Shown here: positions 53,690 through 63,557 of the stretch, one piece after another
Numbering within the stretch: the stretch's first letter is position 1
Layout of the letters: each line of letters opens with the position of its first letter
Assembly: GCA_036149055.1 (NCBI GenBank)
Contig: JAYZQJ010000248.1
Span: 1 to 64,000, forward strand
Reading direction: 5' to 3'
Origin: Myxococcota bacterium
GTDB taxonomy: Bacteria; Myxococcota_A; Polyangia; Polyangiales; Sandaracinaceae
Length of the DNA stretch: 64,000 nt
The notes under the pieces: model-generated
Database searches by the model: none
What the model was told of the DNA's origin: nothing
What the model saw: only the letters and a program-made list of their open reading frames with translations
Translations under genes and position numbers: made by a program

Positions 53690-55122
53690 GCCTTCTTCCG
53701 CGCCCGACCCGCGGCCAGGCGTTCGTAGAGCCGAACGTAATCACACGCCGACGCTTTCCAGGACCAATCGGCGCGCATCCCGCGATCGACCAGCGCGCGC
53801 CAGCGCGGGCGACCGAAGAGCGCGAACGCGCGGCGGAGCGCGAACGCCTGACTGGCGGGGGTGGCCACCGGGAAGAGGATCCCGGTCGCGTCCTCGCTGA
53901 GGTCGGCGTCCTTCACGGTGTCCGCGAGCCCGCCCGTCTCGCGCGCGACCGGGACGCAGCCGTACCGCATCGCGATCATCTGGGTCATGCCGCAGGGCTC
54001 GTAGCGGCTCGGGATCGCGAGGCAGTCCGCCCCGGCGTAGATGCGGCGCGCGAGGGCCTCGTCGAAGCCGATCCGCACGCGGACCCTGTCGGGCAGCTCG
54101 GCGGCCAGCGCCTGGCAGTCCCGCTCGATGCCCGGGTCGCCGGTGCCGAGGATCACCGCCTTCCAGGGCAGCGCCGTGAGCTGCCGGAGCGCCTCGATCA
54201 CGAGGTCGACGCCCTTCTGCGCCACGAGCCGGCTCACCACCGCGAGGAGCGGCGCCTCGTCGTCGGGCAGGCCCAGCTCCGCGTGGAGCGCGGCCCGACA
54301 GGTGGCGCGGCCGCTCAGGTCGTCCGCGGAGTAGGGCGCGGCGATCGCCGCGTCGTGGCTCGGGTCCCAGCGCTCCACGTCGAGACCGTTGCGGATGCCG
54401 GTGAGATCGGCGCGTCGTTCGCGCAAGAGGTGCTCGAACCCGCAGCCGTGCTCGGCGGTGAGCATCTCGCGGGCGTAGCCCTCGGAGACCGTGGAGAGCC
54501 CGTCCGCGGCCGCCAGCCCGAGCACCAGCGGGATGAAGCGGTGCCCGTAGGCGACCCGCGGGTCCTCGGTGCCGCCGATCCCGTAGGCGTGGAGCGCCGC
54601 GTCGGCGCCCTGCCCGCTGTAGGGGAGGTTGTGCACGCTCAGCAGGCTCGCGATCGGCGCGAGGTCCGGGTCACCCGGCCGCCGCCGCGCCAGCACGTGC
54701 GGCGCCACCGCGGTGTGCCAGTCGTGGCAGTGCAGGACGTCGGGCCGCCACTCGAGGCGACGGCAGAGCTCGAGCGCGGCGAGCGAGAAGAAGACGAAGC
54801 GCTCGCCCTCCTCGTCCATGCGCCCGGTGTAGACCACGCCCTCGTCGGGGATGGGCGGCCCGGCGATCAGGTACGCCGGGACTCCGTCCAGCTCGCTCTC
54901 CCAGAGGGTCGCGTGCTGGGGCCCGCCCCCGTGGCCGATGGCGAACGAGGTGACGCGGCGAGGGCTCGGCGCCTTCCGCAGGAGCCCCGCGTGGGCCGGC
55001 ACGCAGACCCGCGCGTCGACGCCCTCGCCCCGCAACACCCGAGGCAGAGAGCCGACCACGTCCCCCAGGCCGCCGACCTTGGCCCACGGCGCGACCTCGC
55101 TCGCGACGAAAAGCACACGCAT
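53686..55122 (-). CDS. glgA: Glycogen synthase
   Basis: KVGGLGDV, HCHDWH, VSRLVAQKG, PSRYEPCG, TGGLADTV. Confidence 0.96.
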   Translation of the reverse strand: MRVLFVASEVAPWAKVGGLGDVVGSLPRVLRGEGVDARVCVPAHAGLLRKAPSPRRVTSFAIGHGGGPQHATLWESELDGVPAYLIAGPPIPDEGVVYTGRMDEEGERFVFFSLAALELCRRLEWRPDVLHCHDWHTAVAPHVLARRRPGDPDLAPIASLLSVHNLPYSGQGADAALHAYGIGGTEDPRVAYGHRFIPLVLGLAAADGLSTVSEGYAREMLTAEHGCGFEHLLRERRADLTGIRNGLDVERWDPSHDAAIAAPYSADDLSGRATCRAALHAELGLPDDEAPLLAVVSRLVAQKGVDLVIEALRQLTALPWKAVILGTGDPGIERDCQALAAELPDRVRVRIGFDEALARRIYAGADCLAIPSRYEPCGMTQMIAMRYGCVPVARETGGLADTVKDADLSEDATGILFPVATPASQAFALRRAFALFGRPRWRALVDRGMRADWSWKASACDYVRLYERLAAGRARKKA

Positions 55123-55154
55123 CGAAGACGGGTGTACCCGATCCACGCGCTCGC

Positions 55155-55718
55155 TCAATCCTCCACGCGGAGGCGGACGGGGCCGAACTTCGCCGGGAAC
55201 TTTCCTTGCTTTCCTTCGTAGAAGTCGCGGATCCGGTCCATGTCCTCGCGGATGTTGCCCGTCGGCACGAAGGCGAGGCCGAAGCCGCCGCGCTTGCGCG
55301 CGTAGTCGAGGTAGCCGCAGACGATCGGCACCTTCGCGGTGAAGGCGATTTGATAGAAGCCGCTCTTCCAGTGCTCGGTCCGGCTGCGCGTCCCCTCGGC
55401 CGGCACGGTGAGCACGAGGTCCTCGTGCTGCTCGAAGAGCGCGGCGAGCTGCTCGACCCGGTTCTGGCGCTCGTGACGCACGATGGGCACGCCGCCGAGG
55501 AGGCGCATGACCGGGCCGAACGGGGGCCGGAAGAGCGTGTGCTTCCCCGCCCAGCGGATGGGCACGTCGTAGACGTAGGACAGGGCCAGCGTGAAGGGCA
55601 GGTCCCAGTTGCTGGTGTGCGGCGCGGCGATGAGCACGAACGAGGAGGCCTCGGGCGCCTCGCCCTCTTCGCGCCATCCGAAGGCCCGCAGCCACGCGCG
55701 GCCGATGAGTCGCTTCAC
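55155..55718 (-). CDS. Lysophospholipid acyltransferase (PlsC-like)
   Basis: PHTSNWD (HxxxxD), PAEGTRS, WKSGFY. Confidence 0.9.
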   Translation of the reverse strand: MKRLIGRAWLRAFGWREEGEAPEASSFVLIAAPHTSNWDLPFTLALSYVYDVPIRWAGKHTLFRPPFGPVMRLLGGVPIVRHERQNRVEQLAALFEQHEDLVLTVPAEGTRSRTEHWKSGFYQIAFTAKVPIVCGYLDYARKRGGFGLAFVPTGNIREDMDRIRDFYEGKQGKFPAKFGPVRLRVED

Positions 55719-55750
55719 GGGTTTCAAGGTGCTGCTCGGCGCCGACTGTA

Positions 55751-56449
55751 TCAGAAGGCCAGCACCACGCCCCCGCCGAGATCGCGGAACGAGGCCTGCG
55801 AGAAGCGATGGAGGGCGGCCGGCCGGCCCCGGCCCTCGCGGCGCTCCTCGCCGGTGGGCTCGACGATGTCGAGCGCCAGGATCTTCCGGCGGAAGTTCCG
55901 CTTGTCGAGCGCGCGGTCGAGGATGACCTCGTAGACCTCCTGCAGCTCGCTCAGGGTGAAGCTCTCCGGCAGGAGCTGGAAGGCGACCGGCGCGTACTCG
56001 GTCTTGTAGCGGAGGCGCTCGAGCGCGTAGTCGACGATGCGCCGGTGGTCGAAGGCGAGCTCGGGCAGGTCGGAGACGTCGAACCAGCCCACCTCGGTCG
56101 CGTCGGTCCCGGCGCGGGGCGAGAGCGAGCGGGCGTCGATCAGCGCGAAGTAGGCGACGGTGATCACCCGCCGCGCCGGGTCGCGCTCCACGTCGCCGAA
56201 GGTGTAGAGCTGCTCGAGCCATCGCACCGAGACCCCCGCCTCCTCGGCGAGCTCGCGGCGGGCGGCGGCGTCGAGGCTCTCGTCGACCCGGACGAAGCCG
56301 CCGGGCAGCGCCCACTCCCCCTCGAACGGCGGCAGGTCGCGCCGGACGAGCAGGACGCGGAGCGCGCGGCCCTCGATGGTGAAGAGGATGACGTCGACGG
56401 TGACCGACGGCTGCGGGTGCGAGCGAGGATCGTAGGCCTGCTTCGACAT
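55751..56449 (-). CDS. nrtR: Nudix-related transcriptional regulator NrtR
   Basis: WALPGGFV, AARRELAEE, QLYTFG..RDP, LAFDH, FTLSELQ, DKRNFRRK, GRPA; follows pncB. Confidence 0.9.
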   Translation of the reverse strand: MSKQAYDPRSHPQPSVTVDVILFTIEGRALRVLLVRRDLPPFEGEWALPGGFVRVDESLDAAARRELAEEAGVSVRWLEQLYTFGDVERDPARRVITVAYFALIDARSLSPRAGTDATEVGWFDVSDLPELAFDHRRIVDYALERLRYKTEYAPVAFQLLPESFTLSELQEVYEVILDRALDKRNFRRKILALDIVEPTGEERREGRGRPAALHRFSQASFRDLGGGVVLAF

Positions 56450-56450
56450 C

Positions 56451-57824
56451 TCAGGACCGGGCCTCGTCGGGCGCGCGATCGGCGCGGATGGACTCGGCGA
56501 GGGCGCGCAGGCGAGGCCCGATCCGGGTCGGCGGGATGTCGAAGTCGTGGAGCCGCTTCAGCCCGGCCGGGAGCGACGCGAGGCCCTCGGCGCAGCGGGC
56601 CCGCGCGGCCTCGAGCGAGAGGAGCGCCTCGGGCGCGACCACCTCGCCGCCTCGCATCATCGGCGCGAGCAGGGGCGCGCCGGGCGCCTCGGCGGTCGCG
56701 ACCTCGATGACGTCGCGCTTCAGGCGACCGCCCTCGATCTGCCGGAACACCTGCTTGGCGCCCGGCCAGGAGATCTTGCCTTCGGCCAGCTTCATGACCG
56801 GCGTGACCTCGCCGCCGACCTCGCGCTCGACCAGCTTGTAGACGCCCGAGAGCGAGGGCGCGTCCTTCGAGGTCACCAGCTCGGTCCCGACGCCGTAGCT
56901 GTCGATCGGGGCGCCAGCGGCGCGCATCGCCGCGATCTTGTCCTCGTTCAGGTCGCCCGAGGCGACGATCTTGGTCTGCCCGAGGCCCGCCTCGTCGAGG
57001 ATCCCGCGGCAGCCCCGCGCCAGCTCGGCGAGGTCGCCCGAGTCGAGGCGGACGCCCTTCAGGTCGGCGCCCACCGCGGTCGCGCGCCGGCACCCGCGGA
57101 GGGTGTCGTAGGTATCGATCAGGAGCACGCAGTGGTCGGGGTACATGCCGTGATACGCCGCGAACGCGTCCTCCTCGCGGTCGAAGCTCATGATGAACGC
57201 GTGGGCCGCGGTGCCGCGCACCGGCACGCCGAGCTTCTGGCCGGCGAGCACGTTGGAGGTGCCGTCGAGGCCGGCGATCCAGCTCGCCCGGGTGGCCAGC
57301 ATCGCCGCCCCGTAGCCGTGGGCGCGCCGCGGGCCGAAGTCGATCACCTGCGCGTCCCCGGCCGCGATCCGCACCCGGGCCGCCTTCGAGGCGATCAGGG
57401 TCTGGGCGTTGAGCGTCGCCAGCAGGTAGGTCTCGACGAGCTGGGCCTGCCAGAGCGGGGCCCGGACCCGGAGCACCGGCTCGTTGGGGAAGAAGACGGT
57501 GCCCTCCGGCATCGCGTCGACGTCGCCGGTGAAGCGGAAGTCCCGCAGCATGTCGAAGAAGCCGGGGTCGACGGAGCCGAACACCGGCAGGCGTCGCAGC
57601 CAGTCGATCTGCGCCTCGGTGAAGCGCAGGTCCTTCAGGTAGGCGAGGCCCTGCTCGAGCCCGGCGGCCACCAAGAAGCCCCGGAAGGCGGGCAGCCGCC
57701 GCACGAAGAGCTCGAAGGTCGCCGTCGTCTCCGGGTGATGCGCCCGGTACGCCGCCATCATCGTCAGCTGGTAGAGGTCGGTGGCGAGGGCCAGGTCGTC
57801 GTCCGCGGGCAGCAGGTGGTCCAT
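56451..57824 (-). CDS. pncB: Nicotinate phosphoribosyltransferase
   Basis: TDLYQLTM, DFGPRRAHG, GTAAH, LIDTYD, GVRLDSGD, GVYKLVE. Confidence 0.95.
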   Translation of the reverse strand: MDHLLPADDDLALATDLYQLTMMAAYRAHHPETTATFELFVRRLPAFRGFLVAAGLEQGLAYLKDLRFTEAQIDWLRRLPVFGSVDPGFFDMLRDFRFTGDVDAMPEGTVFFPNEPVLRVRAPLWQAQLVETYLLATLNAQTLIASKAARVRIAAGDAQVIDFGPRRAHGYGAAMLATRASWIAGLDGTSNVLAGQKLGVPVRGTAAHAFIMSFDREEDAFAAYHGMYPDHCVLLIDTYDTLRGCRRATAVGADLKGVRLDSGDLAELARGCRGILDEAGLGQTKIVASGDLNEDKIAAMRAAGAPIDSYGVGTELVTSKDAPSLSGVYKLVEREVGGEVTPVMKLAEGKISWPGAKQVFRQIEGGRLKRDVIEVATAEAPGAPLLAPMMRGGEVVAPEALLSLEAARARCAEGLASLPAGLKRLHDFDIPPTRIGPRLRALAESIRADRAPDEARS

Positions 57825-57845
57825 TTAGTGTCTCCCGGACACATA
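57825..57845. promoter_or_regulatory. NrtR operator
   Basis: TTAGTGTC-TCCCG-GACACATA, a 21-bp imperfect palindrome with GT-N7-AC core, abutting the pncB ATG. Confidence 0.85.
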
Positions 57846-57861
57846 ATGGATCTTCGCCGCC

Positions 57862-58587
57862 TCAGATGCAACGACCTTCGGGCACGCACCAGTCCGCGGT
57901 GTCCAGGCGCTCGCCGCGGGGGAGGATCACGAGCAGGAAGCGGCTGAGATAGACGAGCACGCCGTCGTCTCGCTTGATCTGGTATCGAAACGGATAAGCG
58001 CGGGCGCAGCTGCGGGGGATGTTGGTGCCGAACGCGAAGCGGACCTCGTACACGAGCTGGGTCCGCCCGAAGACGCCCACGATCTGGCCCGCCTCGGGGC
58101 GCACCTCGAACACGTTCTCCATCGGGACCGCGCCGACCGCCTGGCTGGACTCGAGGAAGTCGAGGGCCTCGATGTCGATGGGGTCGACGACCGGGAGCGA
58201 CTCGAAGGCGGCGGTGAAGGTCTGCCCCTCCCCGCGCACGAGCCGCTCGATCCCGAGCTGGGTCGCGGCCGCCTCGGTCTCGGTCAGGAAGACCAGCTCG
58301 TCTCGCTCCGGGGAGCCGGGCTCGAGCGGCGAGAACCCGAAGTCGCGCTCCACGCGGTCGGTGAGCCCGTCGCCGTCGGTGTCGGGCAGCGTCGGATCGG
58401 TGCCCCACGACAGCTCGGTCTCGTCGCAGAGCCCGTCACCGTCGGTGTCGATGGGCTCGAACGGCGCGCCGTCACGCGCCGGTCCCGAGTCCGGCCGGGG
58501 AGGTGGCGGCTCGACCGACCCGGGGCACCCGGTGAGCGCGAGGCTCGAGAGCGCGAGGATCGCGGCGAATCGGCGAGGCCCCTCCAC
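57862..58587 (-). CDS. Lipoprotein with DxDxDG calcium-binding (TSP3-like) repeats
   Basis: Lipobox LTGC; DTDGDGLCD and DTDGDGLTD. Confidence 0.8.
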   Translation of the reverse strand: MEGPRRFAAILALSSLALTGCPGSVEPPPPRPDSGPARDGAPFEPIDTDGDGLCDETELSWGTDPTLPDTDGDGLTDRVERDFGFSPLEPGSPERDELVFLTETEAAATQLGIERLVRGEGQTFTAAFESLPVVDPIDIEALDFLESSQAVGAVPMENVFEVRPEAGQIVGVFGRTQLVYEVRFAFGTNIPRSCARAYPFRYQIKRDDGVLVYLSRFLLVILPRGERLDTADWCVPEGRCI

Positions 58588-58692
58588 CGCCGCAGTCTAG
58601 CTCCATTCTGGCTGACGCCAACGAGACGTCGGGGCGCCCGCGAGTGTGCAGCCTCACGGGCAGCGCCTCGCCAGCGGGGCTAGACACCTCAC

Positions 58693-59544
58693 ATGGCACT
58701 CAACCCGGACGCCGTGGGGACCAGGACCGAGCCGGTCGAGCATCCCTACGATTGGCAGGACGCGGCGCTCTACGCGCTCGGCATCGGCGCGAAGGCCGAT
58801 CAGCTGGACTTCCTCTACGAGAAGCGCGGGCCGAAGGTCTTCCCGACCTTCGCGGTGGTCCCCGCCTTCGAGGTCAACCGCAAGCTCTTCGACGTCGTCG
58901 GCGGCGACCTGAGCGGCGTGGTGCACGGGAGCCAGAAGATCACCTTGCACGCGCCCTTCCCCTCGAAGGCGACGCTCACCACGGTGGGCGAGGTCGCGGG
59001 CATCTACGACCTCAAGCGCATGGCGCAGTCGGTGATCCGCACCGAGACCCGGGACGACGAGGGCACGCTCCTCGCCGAGACCGAGTGGACGATCATGTAC
59101 CTGAAGGACGGCGGCTTCGGCGGCGACCCGCCCCCGCGCTCGCCGAAGATCCGGCCGCCGGAGCGCGAGGCGGACTGGAAGGTCGAGGGCCCGACCTCGC
59201 CCGAGCAGGCGATCCTCTACCGGCTGGGCGGCCACGACTACAACCCGCTCCACATCGATCCCGAGGCGGCGATGAAGGCGGAGAAGGTCACCCAGGGCCG
59301 GCCGATCCTGCACGGCCTCTGCACCTACGGCTACATCGGTCGCGCCATCGTCGAGCAGGAGTGCGGCGGCGACCCCGCCAAGCTGAAGACCTTCTACGGC
59401 CGCTTCAGCAAGCCCATCTGGCCGGGCGAGACCCTCGTCACCGAGGGCTGGCGCGAGGACGGCCGCCTCGTCGTGCGCGCGGCCACGAAGGAGCGGCCCG
59501 ACGAGCACATCTTCACCAACGCCTACGCCGAGTTTTCTGGCTGA
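58693..59544 (+). CDS. MaoC-type (R)-specific enoyl-CoA hydratase (double hot-dog)
   Basis: LYALGIG, VHGSQ, DYNPLHIDP, ILHGLCTYG. Confidence 0.92.
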   Translation: MALNPDAVGTRTEPVEHPYDWQDAALYALGIGAKADQLDFLYEKRGPKVFPTFAVVPAFEVNRKLFDVVGGDLSGVVHGSQKITLHAPFPSKATLTTVGEVAGIYDLKRMAQSVIRTETRDDEGTLLAETEWTIMYLKDGGFGGDPPPRSPKIRPPEREADWKVEGPTSPEQAILYRLGGHDYNPLHIDPEAAMKAEKVTQGRPILHGLCTYGYIGRAIVEQECGGDPAKLKTFYGRFSKPIWPGETLVTEGWREDGRLVVRAATKERPDEHIFTNAYAEFSG

Positions 59545-59556
59545 TCGGAGACCCCC

Positions 59557-60750
<1,194 letters not shown>

Positions 60751-60791
60751 TTCCTCGCACTTTCGCCCTCCCCGATCTGGTGTGACACTGG

Positions 60792-60830
60792 AAGGGTCTC
60801 GCGCGACCGGCGCGGGGCCCTTTCGCCTTT
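60792..60830 (+). terminator. Intrinsic terminator-like hairpin after the thiolase
   Basis: aagggtctcgcgc-gaccg-gcgcggggccctt then tcgccttt. Confidence 0.55.
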
Positions 60831-60857
60831 CTGGGGCCTGCAGCTGAAGGACAGCCG

Positions 60858-62123
60858 ATGACCGACACCACCCGCGCGGGCGAGATCGACGACAGCGACG
60901 TCTCGCAGCTCATCTACGACTGGAACTCCAAGCGCTACCGCGGCCCGGTGATCGCCAACCGCGCGTTCGAGCTGCACGACGAGACGCTCCGCGACGGCAT
61001 CCAGAACCCGTCGGTGGTGGACCCCGAGATCGACGACAAGCTCGAGATCCTGCACATGCTCGAGGAGATCGGCGTCGACACCATCGACGTGGGCCTCCCC
61101 GGCGCCGGTCAGCGCGCGTTCAACGACGTGCTCCGGCTCTGCCGCGAGATCGCGGACCAGAAGATGAGCATCCGCCCGACCTGCGCCGGCCGCACCCTGG
61201 TGCAGGACATCGCGCCGATGGTCGAGGTGAGCCAGCGCGCCGGGATCCCGATCGAGGTGATGACCTTCATCGGCTCCTCGCCGATCCGCGGGCTGGCCGA
61301 GGACTGGTCGGTGGAGCTCATCCGCCGCCGCTCGGTCGAGGCCATCGCGTTCGGCGTGAAGGAGGGTCTGCCGGTCAACTACGTCACCGAGGACACCACC
61401 CGCTCGCGCCCCGACGTGCTCTGGGAGCTGTTCCGGGCCGCCATCGACGCCGGCGCGTCGCGCCTGACCCTCTGCGACACCGTGGGCCACGTGACCCCCG
61501 ACGGCGTGCGCAACCTGGTCCAGTTCACCCGCCACCTCATCGACGCCTCCGGGGCCGAGGTGGGCATCGACTGGCACGGCCACAACGACCGCGGCCTCGG
61601 CGTGGTGAACGCGATCTGGGCGCTCGAGTACGGCGCGCACCGCACGCACGGCACGATCCTCGGCATCGGCGAGCGGGTGGGCAACGCGTCGCTCGACCAG
61701 ATCCTCGTGAACCTGAAGCTGCTCGGCGTGCTCGGCGACCGCGACCTGACGAAGCTCTCCGCCCTCTGCGAGAAGGTCTCGACCGCGACCGAGTTCCCGA
61801 TCCCGATCAGCTACCCGGTGTTCGGCGAGGACGCCTTCCGCACCGGCACCGGCGTGCACGCGGCCGCGATCATCAAGGCGATGGAGAAGGGCGACGCCTT
61901 CCTCGCCGACCACGTCTACTCGGGCGTGCCGGCGGGTGACTTCGGCCGCGAGCAGGAGATCGGCATCGGCCCGATGAGCGGCATCAGCAACGTCCGCTAC
62001 TGGTGCCGCAAGCGCGACATCGAGCCCACCGAGGCGATCACGAAGGCGATCCTCGGCAAGGCCAAGGAGAGCAAGCGCCTGATGACCGACGCGGAGATCC
62101 ACGCGGTCATCGAGCAGAGCTGA
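60858..62123 (+). CDS. LeuA-family (DRE-TIM) Claisen-type synthase, short form
   Basis: DETLRDGIQ, CDTVG, HGHNDRG, GIGERVGN; 421 aa with no regulatory domain. Confidence 0.88.
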   Translation: MTDTTRAGEIDDSDVSQLIYDWNSKRYRGPVIANRAFELHDETLRDGIQNPSVVDPEIDDKLEILHMLEEIGVDTIDVGLPGAGQRAFNDVLRLCREIADQKMSIRPTCAGRTLVQDIAPMVEVSQRAGIPIEVMTFIGSSPIRGLAEDWSVELIRRRSVEAIAFGVKEGLPVNYVTEDTTRSRPDVLWELFRAAIDAGASRLTLCDTVGHVTPDGVRNLVQFTRHLIDASGAEVGIDWHGHNDRGLGVVNAIWALEYGAHRTHGTILGIGERVGNASLDQILVNLKLLGVLGDRDLTKLSALCEKVSTATEFPIPISYPVFGEDAFRTGTGVHAAAIIKAMEKGDAFLADHVYSGVPAGDFGREQEIGIGPMSGISNVRYWCRKRDIEPTEAITKAILGKAKESKRLMTDAEIHAVIEQS

Positions 62124-62532
62124 GCGGGCGCGCGACGGGCCAGTGGCTCAGCGCGATCAGCGCCCCGTCCGGATCGCGGACGTAGAGGGAGAAGTCGGAC
62201 TCGCGCTCGACCGGGTACCCGGCGGCCTCGAGCCGGCTCCTCCAGCGTTCCCTGTCGAGTGAGTCGATCTGCATCGCGAGGCAGTGCAAGCCGGCCTCGT
62301 GATCGTGGCGTGTGGCCTCACCGGGCGCTTCCTCCACGGCCAGGAATGCACGCTCCTCGTCGGCGGAGTCACCGAACGCGAGCCACACCGATCGGAGGCT
62401 CCCATCTTCGCGGTGCCACCGGCGCAGCTCCTCGAGCCCGAGCGCGTCGCGATAGAATTCCAGCGCTCCTGGGAGATGTTGTACGCACACGGCGACGTGG
62501 TGCACGCGACCGGCCCGCATCGTTCCGCTCAT
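62107..62532 (-). CDS. VOC/glyoxalase family protein
   Basis: HHVAV, FYRDALGL, SLYVRDPDG; AAGGAG upstream of ATG 62532. Confidence 0.85.
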   Translation of the reverse strand: MSGTMRAGRVHHVAVCVQHLPGALEFYRDALGLEELRRWHREDGSLRSVWLAFGDSADEERAFLAVEEAPGEATRHDHEAGLHCLAMQIDSLDRERWRSRLEAAGYPVERESDFSLYVRDPDGALIALSHWPVARPLSSAR

Positions 62533-62547
62533 GGGCTCCTTTCGGAT

Positions 62548-62567
62548 CTGCAAGCCGTCGCTTTCAG
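62548..62567. promoter_or_regulatory. Candidate enhancer (bEBP) site 1
   Basis: CTGCAAG-ccgtcg-CTTTCAG; matches site 2 at 63280. Confidence 0.55.
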
Positions 62568-62636
62568 GGGTGGGACGGATCGAGGGCAGACCGCGACCAG
62601 GGTCGCACGATCGGGCGAGGATCGGGGCCCCGAGCG

Positions 62637-62654
62637 TTGGCACGCAGCTCGCTA
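62637..62654 (+). promoter_or_regulatory. Sigma-54 (-24/-12) promoter 1
   Basis: TTGGCACG-cagc-TCGCTA, GG-N10-GC. Confidence 0.8.
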
Positions 62655-62663
62655 AGGTTCGGG

Positions 62664-62778
62664 GCAGGCATGACACCACGGCGGGCGATTGCCCCCCCGA
62701 CCGCCTGCCAAAGTCATGTCGGTCTTTCACGACCCCGGCGCAACTCCCCCCCAGCGCCGGGGTCGTGTGCTAATTTTT
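62664..62778 (+). ncRNA. Candidate sRNA 1 with two C-rich-loop hairpins
   Basis: Stem 62667-62720 with C6 loop; 14-bp hairpin 62728-62767 with loop AACUCCCCCCCA; then uaauuuuu. Confidence 0.7.
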
Positions 62779-62911
62779 GCTGGAGGGTTTGGGGCAAACC
62801 CTCCCCCCATGGGGCGGAGCGCCCATGGGGCCCCCCTCCCGACTCCGTCGGCGCCTCGCGCGCTTCGCGCGCTGGCGCCGCGTACCCCGGCGACGGGGCG
62901 CCGGGGGCCCT

Positions 62912-63209
62912 GCGGCTCGCGCTCGCGCTGTGCGCTCGCTGGCCGCCTTTCACCGGTTCGCCACCCCGCTCGGCGGCTCCCGCTCGCGCTTTGCGCTCGC
63001 TGGCCGCCTCTCACCGATTCGCCACGGCTGCCGCCCGCGGCTCCCGCTCGCGCTTTGCGCTCGCTGGCCGCCTCTCACCGATTCGCCACGGCTGCCGCCG
63101 GCGGCTCCCGCTCGCGCTTTGCGCTCGCTGGCCGCCTCTCACCGATTCGCCACGGCTGCCGCCGGCGGCTCCCCGCTTCGCGCTCTGCGCTCGCTCGCCG
63201 CTTCACCGA
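62912..63209. repeat. 64-bp tandem repeat, about 4.7 copies
   Basis: Units at 62912, 62973, 63037, 63101 and 63165 of gcggctcccgctcgcgctttgcgctcgctggccgcctctcaccgattcgccac... Confidence 0.9.
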
Positions 63210-63279
63210 GCTGGCGTGCTGGGGGTCTCCAGGGCGGGATCTCCAGGGCGGGATCACTGGTGGGAGATTGACTTCCATT

Positions 63280-63299
63280 CTGAAAGAGGGCGCTTTCAA
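63280..63299. promoter_or_regulatory. Candidate enhancer (bEBP) site 2
   Basis: CTGAAAG-agggcg-CTTTCAA inside a longer ccatt...aatgg palindrome. Confidence 0.6.
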
Positions 63300-63359
63300 G
63301 AATGGAGGAGATGATGGGTGTCATGGGGGCGGATCGGCTTCGATCAGGCGATCTCGGGG

Positions 63360-63377
63360 TTGGCACGGGTGTCGCTA
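63360..63377 (+). promoter_or_regulatory. Sigma-54 (-24/-12) promoter 2
   Basis: TTGGCACG-ggtg-TCGCTA, GG-N10-GC. Confidence 0.8.
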
Positions 63378-63386
63378 CTAGGGTGA

Positions 63387-63498
63387 GTGACATGGCGAAT
63401 CGGCTGGCGACGTAGCCCCCCCCTGTTGCTCGCCCGCCATGTCTATCTTCGGCGGCCTCGGTGCGACTCCCCCCCAACGCATCGAGGCCGCCTTCTTT
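63387..63498 (+). ncRNA. Candidate sRNA 2, paralog of sRNA 1
   Basis: Stem 63389-63443 with C7 loop; 15-bp hairpin 63451-63492 with loop ACUCCCCCCCAA; then uucuuu. Confidence 0.7.
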
Positions 63499-63557
63499 CC
63501 GTCCGTCCATGGGTTTGACGGTTCTCGCGCGGAGGCCGAGACTCGGCACCGCGAGGT

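Noticed and set aside
62912..63209. CRISPR array (64-bp period)
   Set aside because: Whole units are near-identical with no variable spacers.
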